Below are positions 47,092-57,876 of a DNA stretch of 64,000 nucleotides, piece by piece. The stretch's first letter is position 1. The number at the start of each line of letters is the position of its first letter. Below the pieces are notes generated by a model, which saw only the letters and a list, made by a program, of their open reading frames with translations, was not told the DNA's origin and made no database searches. This DNA is from Chitinophagaceae bacterium. Its GTDB lineage: Bacteria > Bacteroidota > Bacteroidia > Chitinophagales > Chitinophagaceae. The translations under genes and the position numbers were made by a program. Location: contig JAYURR010000174.1 in assembly GCA_043756605.1 (NCBI GenBank), positions 4,641 to 68,640 on the forward strand, in the 5' to 3' direction.

Positions 47092-47610
47092 ATGAATTTA
47101 GATTTCACCGAACATATCCCAGTTGATTTTGCAGATAACTCCCGTGTGTGGATTTACCAAAGCAGCCGCTTATTTTTTATGAGCGAAGCTTTGGAGATGG
47201 AAGAGATGCTGAACAATTTTGCAACCAATTGGAAAAGCCATGGCGCACCTGTAAAAGGTTATGCCAATTTATTTTTCGGGCAGTTTATTGTGCTGATGGC
47301 CGATGAAAGTGCCACCGGTGTAAGCGGCTGCAGCACCGACAGTTCTGTTCATCTTATAAAATCAATTGAAGAAAAATATAAGGTGCAGATGTTCGACAGG
47401 CAAAACCTTGCTTTTGTGGTAAAAGATAAAATTCAATTGTTGCCACTAAGCCAACTGGAATATGCAGTGGTGAATAATTTCATCAATGCCGATACTTTGT
47501 ATTTTAACAACACAGTGCTATCCAAAAAAGAAATGATTGAAAAATGGATTGTACCGGTTAAAGATAGCTGGCTGGCAAAGCGGGTAAATTTTACTGAAAA
47601 TGCAGGTTAA
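47092..47610 (+). CDS. Conserved Bacteroidota hypothetical protein
   Basis: SRVWIYQS, WKSHG, SGCSTDSSV, FDRQNLAF, TLYFNN; start moved to ATG 47092 because the ORF-track start lies in the repeat arm. Confidence 0.75.
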   Translation: MNLDFTEHIPVDFADNSRVWIYQSSRLFFMSEALEMEEMLNNFATNWKSHGAPVKGYANLFFGQFIVLMADESATGVSGCSTDSSVHLIKSIEEKYKVQMFDRQNLAFVVKDKIQLLPLSQLEYAVVNNFINADTLYFNNTVLSKKEMIEKWIVPVKDSWLAKRVNFTENAG

Positions 47611-47723
47611 ATTATTTCTTTAAAACAAATAAGCTGTCAGCCTGAGGCACTCATAAATATATTTTAAGCTCTTTGGAAATTACAATGATTTTTTATTTCT
47701 CAGCTTCGCTGTGAAATAAGTTA

Positions 47724-47786
47724 GCCACGAATTACACGAATTTTCACGAATTGAATACAGTTGCTTTAATTTGTGTAATTCGTGGC
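47724..47786. repeat. Nonamer-arm extragenic palindrome
   Basis: gccacgaattacacgaatt / aatttgtgtaattcgtggc (one mismatch). Confidence 0.8.
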
Positions 47787-47978
47787 AAAAAATAATTATT
47801 TCGAAGAAATAACGTTTGTGCCTGATTGGCTAATAGCTTTTCAGCGCAGCTGAAAAAAAAGATATTTTTTCTTGTTATTTCCAAAAAGCTTAAGTTTTTC
47901 TTTTATCCGCAGTATGCAGAGCATGAGTGGCTCACCCTTACAGACTTTTTAAATAGAACGATAATGACTTACAACTAT

Positions 47979-50420
47979 TTATTTCTTCTGCAACTTCTTC
48001 AACAAAGCTTCTCTCCCCGATTTTTGTGTATTCTTTTTAAACACATAACTCAACACCAAACGATAATTGCGGGTGTTGGTGGTGCTGTAACTTTCCAGAT
48101 TAAAATTACTGCCATTAGTAACATTCAAATTTTGCTGCTGGCGAAAGGGATCAATAAAATTGAGCGTAACAATAAAACGCTTTTGAAAAAATTTGCGCTG
48201 CACACCCAGGTTCATACTCAAAGTGCTTCTTACACTACCCTGCGGGTTAGCAAAACGGTTGTAAGTAAAGCTGGCGTTGGCATTCATCACATCGGAGAAT
48301 TGATAACTACCATTTAAGGTTGAATAAAATGAACCGCCGTTTCTAAAATAGCGCACCGTGCGATCAAAATTGCTGTACACATTGTACGTGTAACCAACAC
48401 TTACATTTGCTTTTGCTTTTTTGGTTAAATTATAACCGCCCCACAAACTGGCTTCATACTCTTTGCGGCCACTTATATTTTGCCAGGTGGTAAATGTGCT
48501 GCCATCGGGTTGTAGCGTTCTTATAGAACTGTAAATATCCTGCAAGGCGTTGTAACCAACCGAGGCGTTTATGTTGTAAAGTTTGTTCCACTTGCCCAAA
48601 CTAAAATCAAAATTATCGGCATAGTATGGTTGCAGGTATGGATTGCCAGAGCGGGTGTTGTACGGGTCGGCATAATCCAGGCTGGGGTTCAGTTCATTCA
48701 GCCGGGGCCTTTGTATGGTTCTTTTGTAAGCAAGATTAATGTTCACATCGTTCTTCCATTTTTTTACCAGCGTGGCAAATGGTAAAAACGACCAGTAATT
48801 ATTTACGTAGTGGTTGCTGTTGTTTTTAATGTCGAAATTGGTTTCGGTGTATTCAGGCTGCAGACCTGCGTTTATAAAAAAGCCAGGCACAATATCATAT
48901 CGCACGGCAGCCCTAAAGCCATACATGGTTTGATGAAAAAGAAAATCGTTACTTAGCAGACTATTTTGTACAAAAATATTTTCAGGCTTTTTCATAAAAG
49001 CTGTGTTTAAAATATTGTGGTTGTTAGAGCGATTGTAAGTAGCACCAAAATTAAGCGACCATTTATTTCCCTTCAACCCTTTATCATAATTTACCCGCAA
49101 ACTAATCACATTGTTTTTACTGTTTGTATTTTGTTGCTGGGTTGAGTCGGAACCTGTTGGCGTGTTATCCGGATTAAGATATTGCTGATAAAAATCACGA
49201 TCATTATTGTACACATTAAAATTAAACCCGCTGATGACACGTAATACCGTTTTAGGATTTTTCCCTTTTAACGTATAGGTAAGGTTAAAGCCCGGACTGT
49301 AGTTTTTATTTTCGGTTCCGGTACTGCGGTTGCTCAATTTATATATCTGGTAAAACCGGTTTAAATTACTGTATTCAGTGCTGTTATCGCTAACAGAATT
49401 GTTGCTGTTGTATTGCGTGGTAAAGCTTAAACTCTGCCGCTTATCAAGATCGTAATCTACGCTGAGCCTTATGTTGGGGCGGCGGCTGTTATTATGGCTT
49501 TCGCCAACGGTGTTAAAATAATTGGTTGAATCAGTGTAATAATTTTGCCGGTTACTGTAACTGTTGCCATTAAAAATGCTGTAGCCATAACCTGCCGAAA
49601 TATTAATGGCCATTTTATTTTTACGATAGCTAAAATTACCACTTATGGCAGCTTCGCCACGGGTACCATAATTTACATTCAATTTGCCATTAAACCCAAC
49701 TTTACCTTTTTTGGTTACAATGTTAATCACTCCTCCCCGCTCATTGGCATACTGCGGTGGCGGCGTTGTCATTACTTCAATTTTTTCAATCAGGCTACCC
49801 GGCATGCTTTCCATCAGGTCCTGCAATTGCTTACTGTCAAGTTCCACCGGTTTATCATCAATCAAAATTTTAACCTCCTTTCCCTTCAATAAAATTTTAC
49901 CATCATTATCAACATTAACCAAAGGTGTTTGCTTTAATAATTCGGTAGCTGTGGCACCAGAACTTAAAGCCGATTCGCCTGTATTAAAAATTATCTTTCC
50001 ATCTTTATTTTCTATCAATGGTTTTTCTGCATATACTATCACTTCATTCAGTATTGCCGAATTTTTATTCAGTTTAATATCGTTCAGGTCAAAATCAAAC
50101 CTCTCGGCCCTTAAGTAAATACTATCAATTGTTAATGGCCGGTAACCAACGGCGGTAATGTGCAGGCGGTAATATCCATAAGCCAGTTTATCAAAAATAA
50201 ATTCGCCATTGGGCATGCTGATGGCATTTCTTTTATAAAATGTATCGGTAAGATTGCAAACATTTATGTTTGCAGTAGCTACCGCTTTGCTGTTATCAGC
50301 ATCCAGCAAAGTGCCAATTATAAGGCCTGGTAAAGAATCACGTGTTTGTGCAACAACAATGTTTGAAGCAAACAGAACTAAGGAATAAAATATAATATAT
50401 TTGAACAAGATTTTCTTCAA
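47979..50420 (-). CDS. TonB-dependent-receptor-like outer membrane beta-barrel protein
   Basis: Signal peptide, carboxypeptidase-regulatory-like domain, plug (IEKIEVMTTPPPQYANERGGVINIVTKK), GNPYLQP, C-terminal LSYVF strand; TTG start. Confidence 0.85.
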   Translation of the reverse strand: MKKILFKYIIFYSLVLFASNIVVAQTRDSLPGLIIGTLLDADNSKAVATANINVCNLTDTFYKRNAISMPNGEFIFDKLAYGYYRLHITAVGYRPLTIDSIYLRAERFDFDLNDIKLNKNSAILNEVIVYAEKPLIENKDGKIIFNTGESALSSGATATELLKQTPLVNVDNDGKILLKGKEVKILIDDKPVELDSKQLQDLMESMPGSLIEKIEVMTTPPPQYANERGGVINIVTKKGKVGFNGKLNVNYGTRGEAAISGNFSYRKNKMAINISAGYGYSIFNGNSYSNRQNYYTDSTNYFNTVGESHNNSRRPNIRLSVDYDLDKRQSLSFTTQYNSNNSVSDNSTEYSNLNRFYQIYKLSNRSTGTENKNYSPGFNLTYTLKGKNPKTVLRVISGFNFNVYNNDRDFYQQYLNPDNTPTGSDSTQQQNTNSKNNVISLRVNYDKGLKGNKWSLNFGATYNRSNNHNILNTAFMKKPENIFVQNSLLSNDFLFHQTMYGFRAAVRYDIVPGFFINAGLQPEYTETNFDIKNNSNHYVNNYWSFLPFATLVKKWKNDVNINLAYKRTIQRPRLNELNPSLDYADPYNTRSGNPYLQPYYADNFDFSLGKWNKLYNINASVGYNALQDIYSSIRTLQPDGSTFTTWQNISGRKEYEASLWGGYNLTKKAKANVSVGYTYNVYSNFDRTVRYFRNGGSFYSTLNGSYQFSDVMNANASFTYNRFANPQGSVRSTLSMNLGVQRKFFQKRFIVTLNFIDPFRQQQNLNVTNGSNFNLESYSTTNTRNYRLVLSYVFKKNTQKSGREALLKKLQKK

Positions 50421-50527
50421 TTATAGTATCAAAATTACCACTTACGTTCTTTAAAAATAAAAATTTATATAAATGGCATGATTTTTTAAGTTGCGTTCTA
50501 TCTATGCCAGATTCTTACATAAAAAAA

Positions 50528-53086
50528 ATGAAATACCATTTTGCATTACTTGCTGTATTAACAGTTTCTGCAACATGCAATATTGTGATTGCGCAAAAAG
50601 TAAATATCAGCCCTACATTTACTACGGTTGCCGGTCAGCAATACTACAGAAGTAACCTGCACCATGCACTATGGGGCAAGCATTACCGCAAAGAGTGGAA
50701 AACACCGGCGCTTTTTAAAGTTGCCATGCTCGATACTTTGGCTGGCGGCGTTACGCCTTACCAGGCCGGCGGTGGGCGGCAAAGCAAATCATTGCGCTTA
50801 AAAGATGCCAATGGCCGTGAGTATGTTTTACGCAGTATTGACAAAACTTTTGAAGGCGCATTGCCCGAAATTGTTAAAGGTACTTTTATTGCAAGCATTG
50901 CTAACGATCAGGTTTCTATAGCCCATCCATACTCAGCATTAACCATTGCGCCCATGGCCGAAACTGTTTCTATTCTGCATGCCAACCCTGTAATTATTTA
51001 TCTGCCAAAGCAAGACAGGCTTGGAGAATTTAACACCGCCTATGGCAATGCCCTTTATCTTTTTGAGCAAAGGCCAGATGAGGACTGGGCTACTGCGGCA
51101 AATTTTGGTAATTCAGCAAAAATTATTGGTACCGATGATTTACTTGAAAAATTAGAAAAAGATAATGATGTAAAAGTTGACCAAACGTTGTACATACGCA
51201 CCCGCATTTTTGATATGTTTATTGGCGATTGGGGCCGCCATGAAGACCAGTGGAGATGGGCCGCCAATAAACAAGGCGGACAAACAATTTATAAACCAAT
51301 ACCCCGTGACCGTGATCAGGCTTACACAAAATTTGACGGGTTGTTGGTGGGAGCATTTAAAGGATTGGCTTCAGGAAAGTTTCAAAGTTTTGGCCCGGTT
51401 ATAAAAAACGTAAAAACATTTAATTTTCCGGCAAGATACCTCGACCGCCGCATGGCCAATGAAATGCCCCTGGAGCAGTGGATTAAACAGGCAACTCAAA
51501 TGCAGGCATTACTTACAGATAATGTGATAGAATCGGCTGTAAAACAGTTACCAGCAGAAATTTTCCCCATTTCGGGTAATGAAATCATCAGTAGTTTAAA
51601 ACAACGCCGTAGCAAACTGGTAGATTATGCACGGGATTATTATCTTTTTTTAGCAAAAGAAGTTGATGTGCCTGGCACAAAAGATAATGAAAAATTTGAA
51701 ATAAAAAGAAATGAAGACGGTACTACACAGATAAATATTTACAAAATTACCAATCAGGGAAAAACAAAAGAAAATCCATTTTATAGCAGAATATTTTATG
51801 CCAGCGAAACGAAAGAAATACGTTTGTATGGCATTGATGCTGCTGATGTGTACGAGGTAAGCGGCAATGCAGATAAAGCAATTAAAGTAAGGCTGGTAGG
51901 CGGACCAGCAAAAGATGAGTATAAAGATATTTCTAAAATAAGCGGTGCATCGCACAGCCTAAAAATATACGACAACCCGGGCAACACAATTGCAAAAGGT
52001 GCTGAAACCTGTATAAATCTTTCAGAAAAAGCGGCCATCAATCAATATAGATACGACGAATTTCGGTATAACAAAAGTGGTATAAAGCCGCTGCTATTTT
52101 ACAGCAACGACGATCGTTTTTTTACCGGGCTGGAGTTTGGCGGCACAAAATATAAATGGAGAAAAGAGCCATTTGCATTCACCCAAAAAGTAAATGTAAA
52201 ATATTCCATCACCGAAAAAGCATTTAGTGCCACCTACCAGGCAATTTTTACTGATGTGATAAAAAAATGGGATTTAAACCTTTACACCAACTACGATTTT
52301 GTAAGATGGACAAACTATTATGGTTTAGGAAACGAAACCATTAATTTAAGTACAGCAAATATTTTTAACAGGCTGCGTACCAAAGAATATATTGCTAAAG
52401 CAGGTTTAAGTAACAGGATAGGCCGGTACCAAAAAATAAGCGTGGCGGGTTTTTATCAGACAGTTGATATAATTAACGATACCACATTTAATAAAGCCCT
52501 TGTAAGCATAGTGCCCGATCTTTATAAAAACAAGCAATTTGCCGGGGCCGAAATTGATTATAGTTTTTTAAAGGTTAACGACTCACTGATGCCCACCAGG
52601 GGTTTTGGTTTTACTGCAGGCATTAACTACACTGATAATTTACAAAACAGTAATAATTTTATCAGTTACAAAGGATCAGCACAGGTTTATATTCCCATAT
52701 CAAAAACAATTACTTTATATATGCAGGCTGGGGGGGCAACTTTATCTGGCAGCCCGGAATTTTATCAATATAATTTTATTGGTGGAGGTAAAACCCTGCG
52801 TGGGTACCGCCGCAGCAGGTTTTTTGGTAAAACAACCGTTTACAGCCAAAATGAAATACGTTGGGTAAAAAATGTAAAATCATATTTATACAATGGCAAA
52901 TTTGGTTTGCTGGCTTTGTATGATGTTGGGCGTGTGTGGATGCCCGGAGAAAAATCAAACACCTGGCATTCGGGTGTTGGTGGTGGCATTATACTTACAC
53001 CTTATAACCGCATTTCTGTGGCAGCCGGTTATGCATACTCAAAAGATAAGGGAAATATCTTTTTCCGCATGATAAAGATCCTCTGA
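50528..53086 (+). CDS. Omp85/BamA-TamA-like barrel protein with an N-terminal atypical kinase-like domain
   Basis: Signal peptide; GGGRQS, YVLRSIDK, GDWGRHEDQW, PIPRDRDQAY; C-terminal TLRGYRRSRF and LYDVGRVW barrel motifs. Confidence 0.7.
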   Translation: MKYHFALLAVLTVSATCNIVIAQKVNISPTFTTVAGQQYYRSNLHHALWGKHYRKEWKTPALFKVAMLDTLAGGVTPYQAGGGRQSKSLRLKDANGREYVLRSIDKTFEGALPEIVKGTFIASIANDQVSIAHPYSALTIAPMAETVSILHANPVIIYLPKQDRLGEFNTAYGNALYLFEQRPDEDWATAANFGNSAKIIGTDDLLEKLEKDNDVKVDQTLYIRTRIFDMFIGDWGRHEDQWRWAANKQGGQTIYKPIPRDRDQAYTKFDGLLVGAFKGLASGKFQSFGPVIKNVKTFNFPARYLDRRMANEMPLEQWIKQATQMQALLTDNVIESAVKQLPAEIFPISGNEIISSLKQRRSKLVDYARDYYLFLAKEVDVPGTKDNEKFEIKRNEDGTTQINIYKITNQGKTKENPFYSRIFYASETKEIRLYGIDAADVYEVSGNADKAIKVRLVGGPAKDEYKDISKISGASHSLKIYDNPGNTIAKGAETCINLSEKAAINQYRYDEFRYNKSGIKPLLFYSNDDRFFTGLEFGGTKYKWRKEPFAFTQKVNVKYSITEKAFSATYQAIFTDVIKKWDLNLYTNYDFVRWTNYYGLGNETINLSTANIFNRLRTKEYIAKAGLSNRIGRYQKISVAGFYQTVDIINDTTFNKALVSIVPDLYKNKQFAGAEIDYSFLKVNDSLMPTRGFGFTAGINYTDNLQNSNNFISYKGSAQVYIPISKTITLYMQAGGATLSGSPEFYQYNFIGGGKTLRGYRRSRFFGKTTVYSQNEIRWVKNVKSYLYNGKFGLLALYDVGRVWMPGEKSNTWHSGVGGGIILTPYNRISVAAGYAYSKDKGNIFFRMIKIL

Positions 53087-53190
53087 TTTCAGTCATTTTT
53101 TTCTGTTAACCATATATTTACGCCGCTTACATAATAAGGGTATTGCTAATTGAGGCAACTTTTATATTTTTATCGGATAAATATTAATGT

Positions 53191-55422
53191 ATGAAAAAAA
53201 ATGTATCGGTTTTGGTTTTAATGTTGATGATTGCTTTAAATCCGCAGTTTATATTTGCACAAACAGGGGTAGATCCTGATCCGGTGCAAAGTGCTAAAAA
53301 CAGAAAAGCAAATGAAGAGCGGCAAAAAGCACAGGCTGCACAGGCTGCTAAAAATACACCGATTATTGTTAATACCAAAGCTGGCCCGGTTACGGTTTCT
53401 GGCCCGGCCACTGTGGTAACAACACCAGTCAACACCACTTCCAGCCAAAAATTTATTGATTCTGCAAACATGGATCTTACCATAAAACCAGGAGATAATT
53501 TTTACCTGTATGCCAATGGTGCCTGGATAAAAAGAACTCCCATACCTGCATCAAAAACCCGTTGGGGAAGTTTTGATGCTTTGGCCGAAGAAAGTTCTCA
53601 GGCTCTTAAAGGTTTGCTGGAAGAAGCTTCAAAAGGCACCGCCGAGCCCGATAAAAAAGGCAGAGGTACAAACGATTTAATGAAACGTGTTGGCGATTAT
53701 TATGCCAGTGCCATGGATAGTGCTGCCATTGAAAAACTGGGATATAAACCCATCAAACCTTACCTGGATGCCATTACTGCATTAAGCTCCAAAGCACAGG
53801 TTTTAAAATACACAAATACTTTACGTGCACAATCAATTACGGCTCCCTTATACCGCATTGGTGTTGGGCAAGATGCTAAAGATGTAACTAAATATATAAT
53901 TGGTATTGGCCAGGGCGGCACCACTTTACCCGACCGTGATTTTTATTTAAAGAACGATGCCCGCAGCCAGAAAATAAGAACAGATTACATTACATACATC
54001 ACCAAACTGTTTAGCCTAACCGGCGAAACCAGTGTGAACGCTATGGCAAATGCTGTAACCGTGATGCAGTTGGAAACCTCCATGGCACAGGCTCAGATGA
54101 GCCGTGTGGAAATGCGTGACCCCAATAAATTGTACAACAAATTTTCGATAGAAGGTTTAACTGCTAAAACACCCAACTTAAACTGGGCTACCATTTTACC
54201 GGAACTTGGTTACAAAGTAAAGCAGGATAGTGTGAATGTAAGTAACCCTAAATACATGGTTTTTATAGATTCTTTATTAAACAAAGTTTCTTTGGATGAT
54301 TGGAAAACTTACCTGAAATGGGGTGTGTTAAAAGATGCGGCGCCTTTCTTAAGCAGTGCATTTGTTAATGCAAATTTTGCTTACAACCAGGCACTCAGCG
54401 GACAAAAAGAACAAACCCCACGCTGGCAGCGCATGAGTGGTTTAATTGACCGCCAGTTGGGCGATTTATTAGGCCAACTTTATGTAGATAGATATTTTAA
54501 CCAGGCTGCCAAAACACGCATGCTGGAACTTGTAGGCAATTTATCAACCAGTTTCGACAGCCGCATTAAAAAATTAGACTGGATGAGTGAAGTTACCAAG
54601 CAACAGGCATTGGCTAAACTGCATTCATTTGTTAAAAAAATCGGTTTCCCCGATAAATGGAAAAACTATGATGGCGTTGTAATTAAAAGAGATGATTTTT
54701 ATGGCAACCTGCAACGCTGCAGCCAATGGCAATACAATGATAATGTTAGCCGCCTGGGCAAACCCGTTGATAAAACAGAATGGGGCATGACGCCGCCAAC
54801 GGTGAATGCCTATTACAGTCCGCAAAAAAATGAAATTGTTTTTCCCGCAGGTATTCTGCGTTTCCCTTTCTTTGATGCGGCAGCAGATGATGCCATTAAT
54901 TATGGAGGCATTGGCGCCGTAATTGGCCACGAAATGACGCATGGTTTTGATGACCAGGGCCGCCAGTTTGATGCCGAAGGAAATTTACATGACTGGTGGA
55001 CAAAAAGCGATGCCGATATATTTAAAAAACGTGCCGATGAAGTAGTGCAGCAATATAATGGCTACAGCATTTTAGATACACTGCATGTAAATGGTAAATT
55101 AACCCTTGGCGAAAACCTGGCCGACCTGGGTGGTTTAAGTATTGCCTACGAAGCTTTTAAAAATACCCCGCAGGGCAAAAGCGCCGATAAAATTGATGGC
55201 TTTACAGCCGACCAGCGTTTCTTTTTAAACTGGGCGCAGGTATGGCGCAATAATATTTTGCCCGAAGCAGCAGCACAACGTATTGTTACCGATAACCACT
55301 CCCCTGGCATGTATCGTGCCAACGGACCACTTACCAATATGGAAGCTTTTTATCGGGCTTTTGATGTAAAATTTGGTGATAAAATGTACAAGGCGCCTGA
55401 GTTGCGTACTAAAATTTGGTAA
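53191..55422 (+). CDS. M13 family (neprilysin-like) metallopeptidase
   Basis: VNAYY, IGHEMTHGFD, GENLAD, HSPG..RANG. Confidence 0.95.
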   Translation: MKKNVSVLVLMLMIALNPQFIFAQTGVDPDPVQSAKNRKANEERQKAQAAQAAKNTPIIVNTKAGPVTVSGPATVVTTPVNTTSSQKFIDSANMDLTIKPGDNFYLYANGAWIKRTPIPASKTRWGSFDALAEESSQALKGLLEEASKGTAEPDKKGRGTNDLMKRVGDYYASAMDSAAIEKLGYKPIKPYLDAITALSSKAQVLKYTNTLRAQSITAPLYRIGVGQDAKDVTKYIIGIGQGGTTLPDRDFYLKNDARSQKIRTDYITYITKLFSLTGETSVNAMANAVTVMQLETSMAQAQMSRVEMRDPNKLYNKFSIEGLTAKTPNLNWATILPELGYKVKQDSVNVSNPKYMVFIDSLLNKVSLDDWKTYLKWGVLKDAAPFLSSAFVNANFAYNQALSGQKEQTPRWQRMSGLIDRQLGDLLGQLYVDRYFNQAAKTRMLELVGNLSTSFDSRIKKLDWMSEVTKQQALAKLHSFVKKIGFPDKWKNYDGVVIKRDDFYGNLQRCSQWQYNDNVSRLGKPVDKTEWGMTPPTVNAYYSPQKNEIVFPAGILRFPFFDAAADDAINYGGIGAVIGHEMTHGFDDQGRQFDAEGNLHDWWTKSDADIFKKRADEVVQQYNGYSILDTLHVNGKLTLGENLADLGGLSIAYEAFKNTPQGKSADKIDGFTADQRFFLNWAQVWRNNILPEAAAQRIVTDNHSPGMYRANGPLTNMEAFYRAFDVKFGDKMYKAPELRTKIW

Positions 55423-55445
55423 GATGATTTTTTAGAAATTTTGTT

Positions 55446-55476
55446 AACCGTCTCACTTGGGTGAGGCGGTTTTTTT
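55446..55476 (+). terminator. Intrinsic terminator after the M13 peptidase
   Basis: accgtctcac-ttgg-gtgaggcggt followed by T7. Confidence 0.8.
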
Positions 55477-55520
55477 GTGGAGGGATGAGCTCTTTCACAA
55501 AAAAAATATTTCACAAAAAA

Positions 55521-55570
55521 TTTGCGCAACCAGATAATTGCATTTATATTTGCAACCAGATAGTTGCAAA
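55521..55570 (+). promoter_or_regulatory. Bacteroidota promoter overlapped by two palindromic ArsR-type operators
   Basis: -33 tttg (55521-24) and -7 tatatttg (55545-52), 20-bp spacing; gcaaccagataattgc (55526-41) and tttgcaaccagatagttgcaaa (55549-70). Confidence 0.75.
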
Positions 55571-55578
55571 ATTATATT

Positions 55579-55905
55579 ATGGAAATAAGAAGAGATATTT
55601 TTCAGGCGATTGCCGACCCTACCCGCCGGGCAATTATTGTGCTGATTGCCATGCAGGCTATGACGCCGAATGCACTTGCCGAACATTTTCATACAAGCCG
55701 GCAGGCAGTATCTAAACATATAAAAATACTTGCGGAATGTGCGTTGGTAAAACAAGAGGTTTCGGGCAGAGAAATTTATTATACGCTTCAAATAGAAAAA
55801 ATAAAAGAAATAGATAAATGGATTGAGCAGTTCCGCAAAATTTGGGAAACACGTTTCAATCAACTCGACCAAGTATTAGCAACAATTAAAAAACAAAAAA
55901 AATGA
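55579..55905 (+). CDS. ArsR/SmtB family transcriptional regulator
   Basis: [34 protein letters not shown]. Confidence 0.92.
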   Translation: MEIRRDIFQAIADPTRRAIIVLIAMQAMTPNALAEHFHTSRQAVSKHIKILAECALVKQEVSGREIYYTLQIEKIKEIDKWIEQFRKIWETRFNQLDQVLATIKKQKK

Positions 55906-56393
55906 AAAACGATTTGCTATTTGATTTTACAGTTGACAAATCAAAAAAAACAGTCTTTATTAACAGGGAGTTTGATGCGGAGCTTTCGCTGGTATGGGAT
56001 GCTTTTACCAAACCCGAAATACTTGACCAATGGTGGGCACCTAAACCCTGGGCATCAAAAACGAAAATTATGAATTTTGAAGTTGGCGGACGAAGATTTT
56101 ATGCTATGGTAAGCCCGGAAGGAATGGAACGCTGGTCTGTTCAGAAATATACTTCTATCAGCCCCAAAACCAATTTTAAATATTTAAATGCCTTTGCTGA
56201 TGCAGATGAAAACCCTGAATTGCCGGGTTCTGAATGGGATCTGAATTTCAGCGAAAATAACGGAACAACAAAAGTGAGCGTTACTATTTATAATGAATCG
56301 CTTGAACGCTTGGAAAAGATGATTGAAATGGGTTTTAAGGAAGGATTTACTATGACACTGAAAAGCCTGGAAGAATTATTGGCAACCAGATAG
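55902..56393 (+). CDS. SRPBCC (Aha1/START-like) domain protein
   Basis: [32 protein letters not shown]; ATGA overlap. Confidence 0.9.
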   Translation: MKNDLLFDFTVDKSKKTVFINREFDAELSLVWDAFTKPEILDQWWAPKPWASKTKIMNFEVGGRRFYAMVSPEGMERWSVQKYTSISPKTNFKYLNAFADADENPELPGSEWDLNFSENNGTTKVSVTIYNESLERLEKMIEMGFKEGFTMTLKSLEELLATR

Positions 56394-56480
56394 CTATTGG
56401 GATTATCGCAAAGTTGCTGGTCCATCCCATTACTTATCGTCATAAAAAGGCAAATAATCAAACTGTAATTTAATACTTTT

Positions 56481-56909
56481 ATGACAGTACAAAATCAAAT
56501 CAAACAGTATATCAGTAGCCAACCTGAACCAAAATGTAGTGACATGCAAGCCTTACATCAGCACATACTTAAATTGTTGCCATCATGTAAATTATGGTTT
56601 CTGAATGGTAAAGACAGTGAAAATAAAACTGTTTCTAACCCCAATATAGGATATGGATTTTACACAATGAAATATGCTGATGGAAAAACCAGGGAATTTT
56701 ATCAAATTGGTTTGAGTGCAAACACAACCGGAATCTCTTTGTATATCATGGGTATTAAGGATAAGAAATACTTAGCCCAAACCTATGAAAAAAAAATAGG
56801 CAAAGCAAGTGTTACGGGGTATTGCATTAAATTTAAAACGCTAAAAGATATAAACATGGATATACTTGAAGCGGCAATACGGTGTGGGGTTGAGGCTACG
56901 TCCGGATAG
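56481..56909 (+). CDS. DUF1801 (YdhG-like) protein
   Basis: IGYG..KYADG, GISLY, GKASVTGYCIKFKTLKDI. Confidence 0.8.
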   Translation: MTVQNQIKQYISSQPEPKCSDMQALHQHILKLLPSCKLWFLNGKDSENKTVSNPNIGYGFYTMKYADGKTREFYQIGLSANTTGISLYIMGIKDKKYLAQTYEKKIGKASVTGYCIKFKTLKDINMDILEAAIRCGVEATSG

Positions 56910-56954
56910 TTACCGGGAGAAAAGATGAGGTTACCGGGATTCAAAAGCATGATC

Positions 56955-57353
56955 ATGAAAAAACAATTCCTTAATAAGCTGCTTGCCATTTCAATAACAA
57001 CAGTTTCTTTATTGGTTTTATTTATACCATATAGCCTGGTTTATTATGCAGATAATAAAGTTGAAGGCTGGAGGTCAGCTTATATTTTTGAAGACCTTAT
57101 TTTAACACTCGTTTACACGCCCTTTTTTGCTTGCTGGTTTGCCTATATGTCCTTCAAAAACAAACTGCTCAAAACTATCTCCCTCGTTATTTTGGTAGCA
57201 ATTTCAACGTTATATTTCGTTATTTCCTTTCTAAGCTTGTTGATGACTGTGCAGGATTTTTTGCCATATTTTGGGATATATTTATCTTTTCTGTTACTCC
57301 CTCTATTGCTAATTTATTTGATTAATGAGCGTAGTTTACAAAGAAGCAAATAG
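56955..57353 (+). CDS. Hypothetical membrane protein
   Basis: Four hydrophobic segments; start uncertain (56925 or 56955). Confidence 0.55.
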   Translation: MKKQFLNKLLAISITTVSLLVLFIPYSLVYYADNKVEGWRSAYIFEDLILTLVYTPFFACWFAYMSFKNKLLKTISLVILVAISTLYFVISFLSLLMTVQDFLPYFGIYLSFLLLPLLLIYLINERSLQRSK

Positions 57354-57411
57354 ATATACTTCTTTGGCCAGGGTGTAAAAAGTGGCAAATGGATTTTAAA
57401 CATACAGCTAT

Positions 57412-57876
57412 CTACTTCTCCTCAGTATTCACCTTCTTAACAAAACTGTAATTGTTATTGCTGAAATTAAAATGAAAAATGCGGTTGTAATCTTTATTAA
57501 AATGTTCTTCACTATCATCAACATCCAGAATATTGCTAATAACATTAAAGGCTTCGGTGCGATAGCAAAGCAACACATTCTGGCGGCCGGTTTCATCCTT
57601 ATTTATATCGGTAAACATTTTACTAAGTTGCGTTTTATCAAACTCGCTCTTAACACCTTTTGTACCACGTATGGTACTGCGGCAGCGGTTATAGGGATCA
57701 GATGTTTTTACATCTATCGATTGAAAAAGAATATGATCAAAATAAACATCTTTAAAATATTTATCCAGGTATAGCCCAAAATCAAGCCCTTCTTTTGATA
57801 AGTGCAGGTAATCCGGTTTGTTCCGGTCTTCAATAAGCATTTTTCCGTGGCGTACTATGTAAAGGTTATTGGTCAT
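57412..57876 (-). CDS. Small histidine-phosphatase-superfamily protein (SixA-like)
   Basis: LYIVRHG, LSKEG, RCRST motifs. Confidence 0.6.
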   Translation of the reverse strand: MTNNLYIVRHGKMLIEDRNKPDYLHLSKEGLDFGLYLDKYFKDVYFDHILFQSIDVKTSDPYNRCRSTIRGTKGVKSEFDKTQLSKMFTDINKDETGRQNVLLCYRTEAFNVISNILDVDDSEEHFNKDYNRIFHFNFSNNNYSFVKKVNTEEK

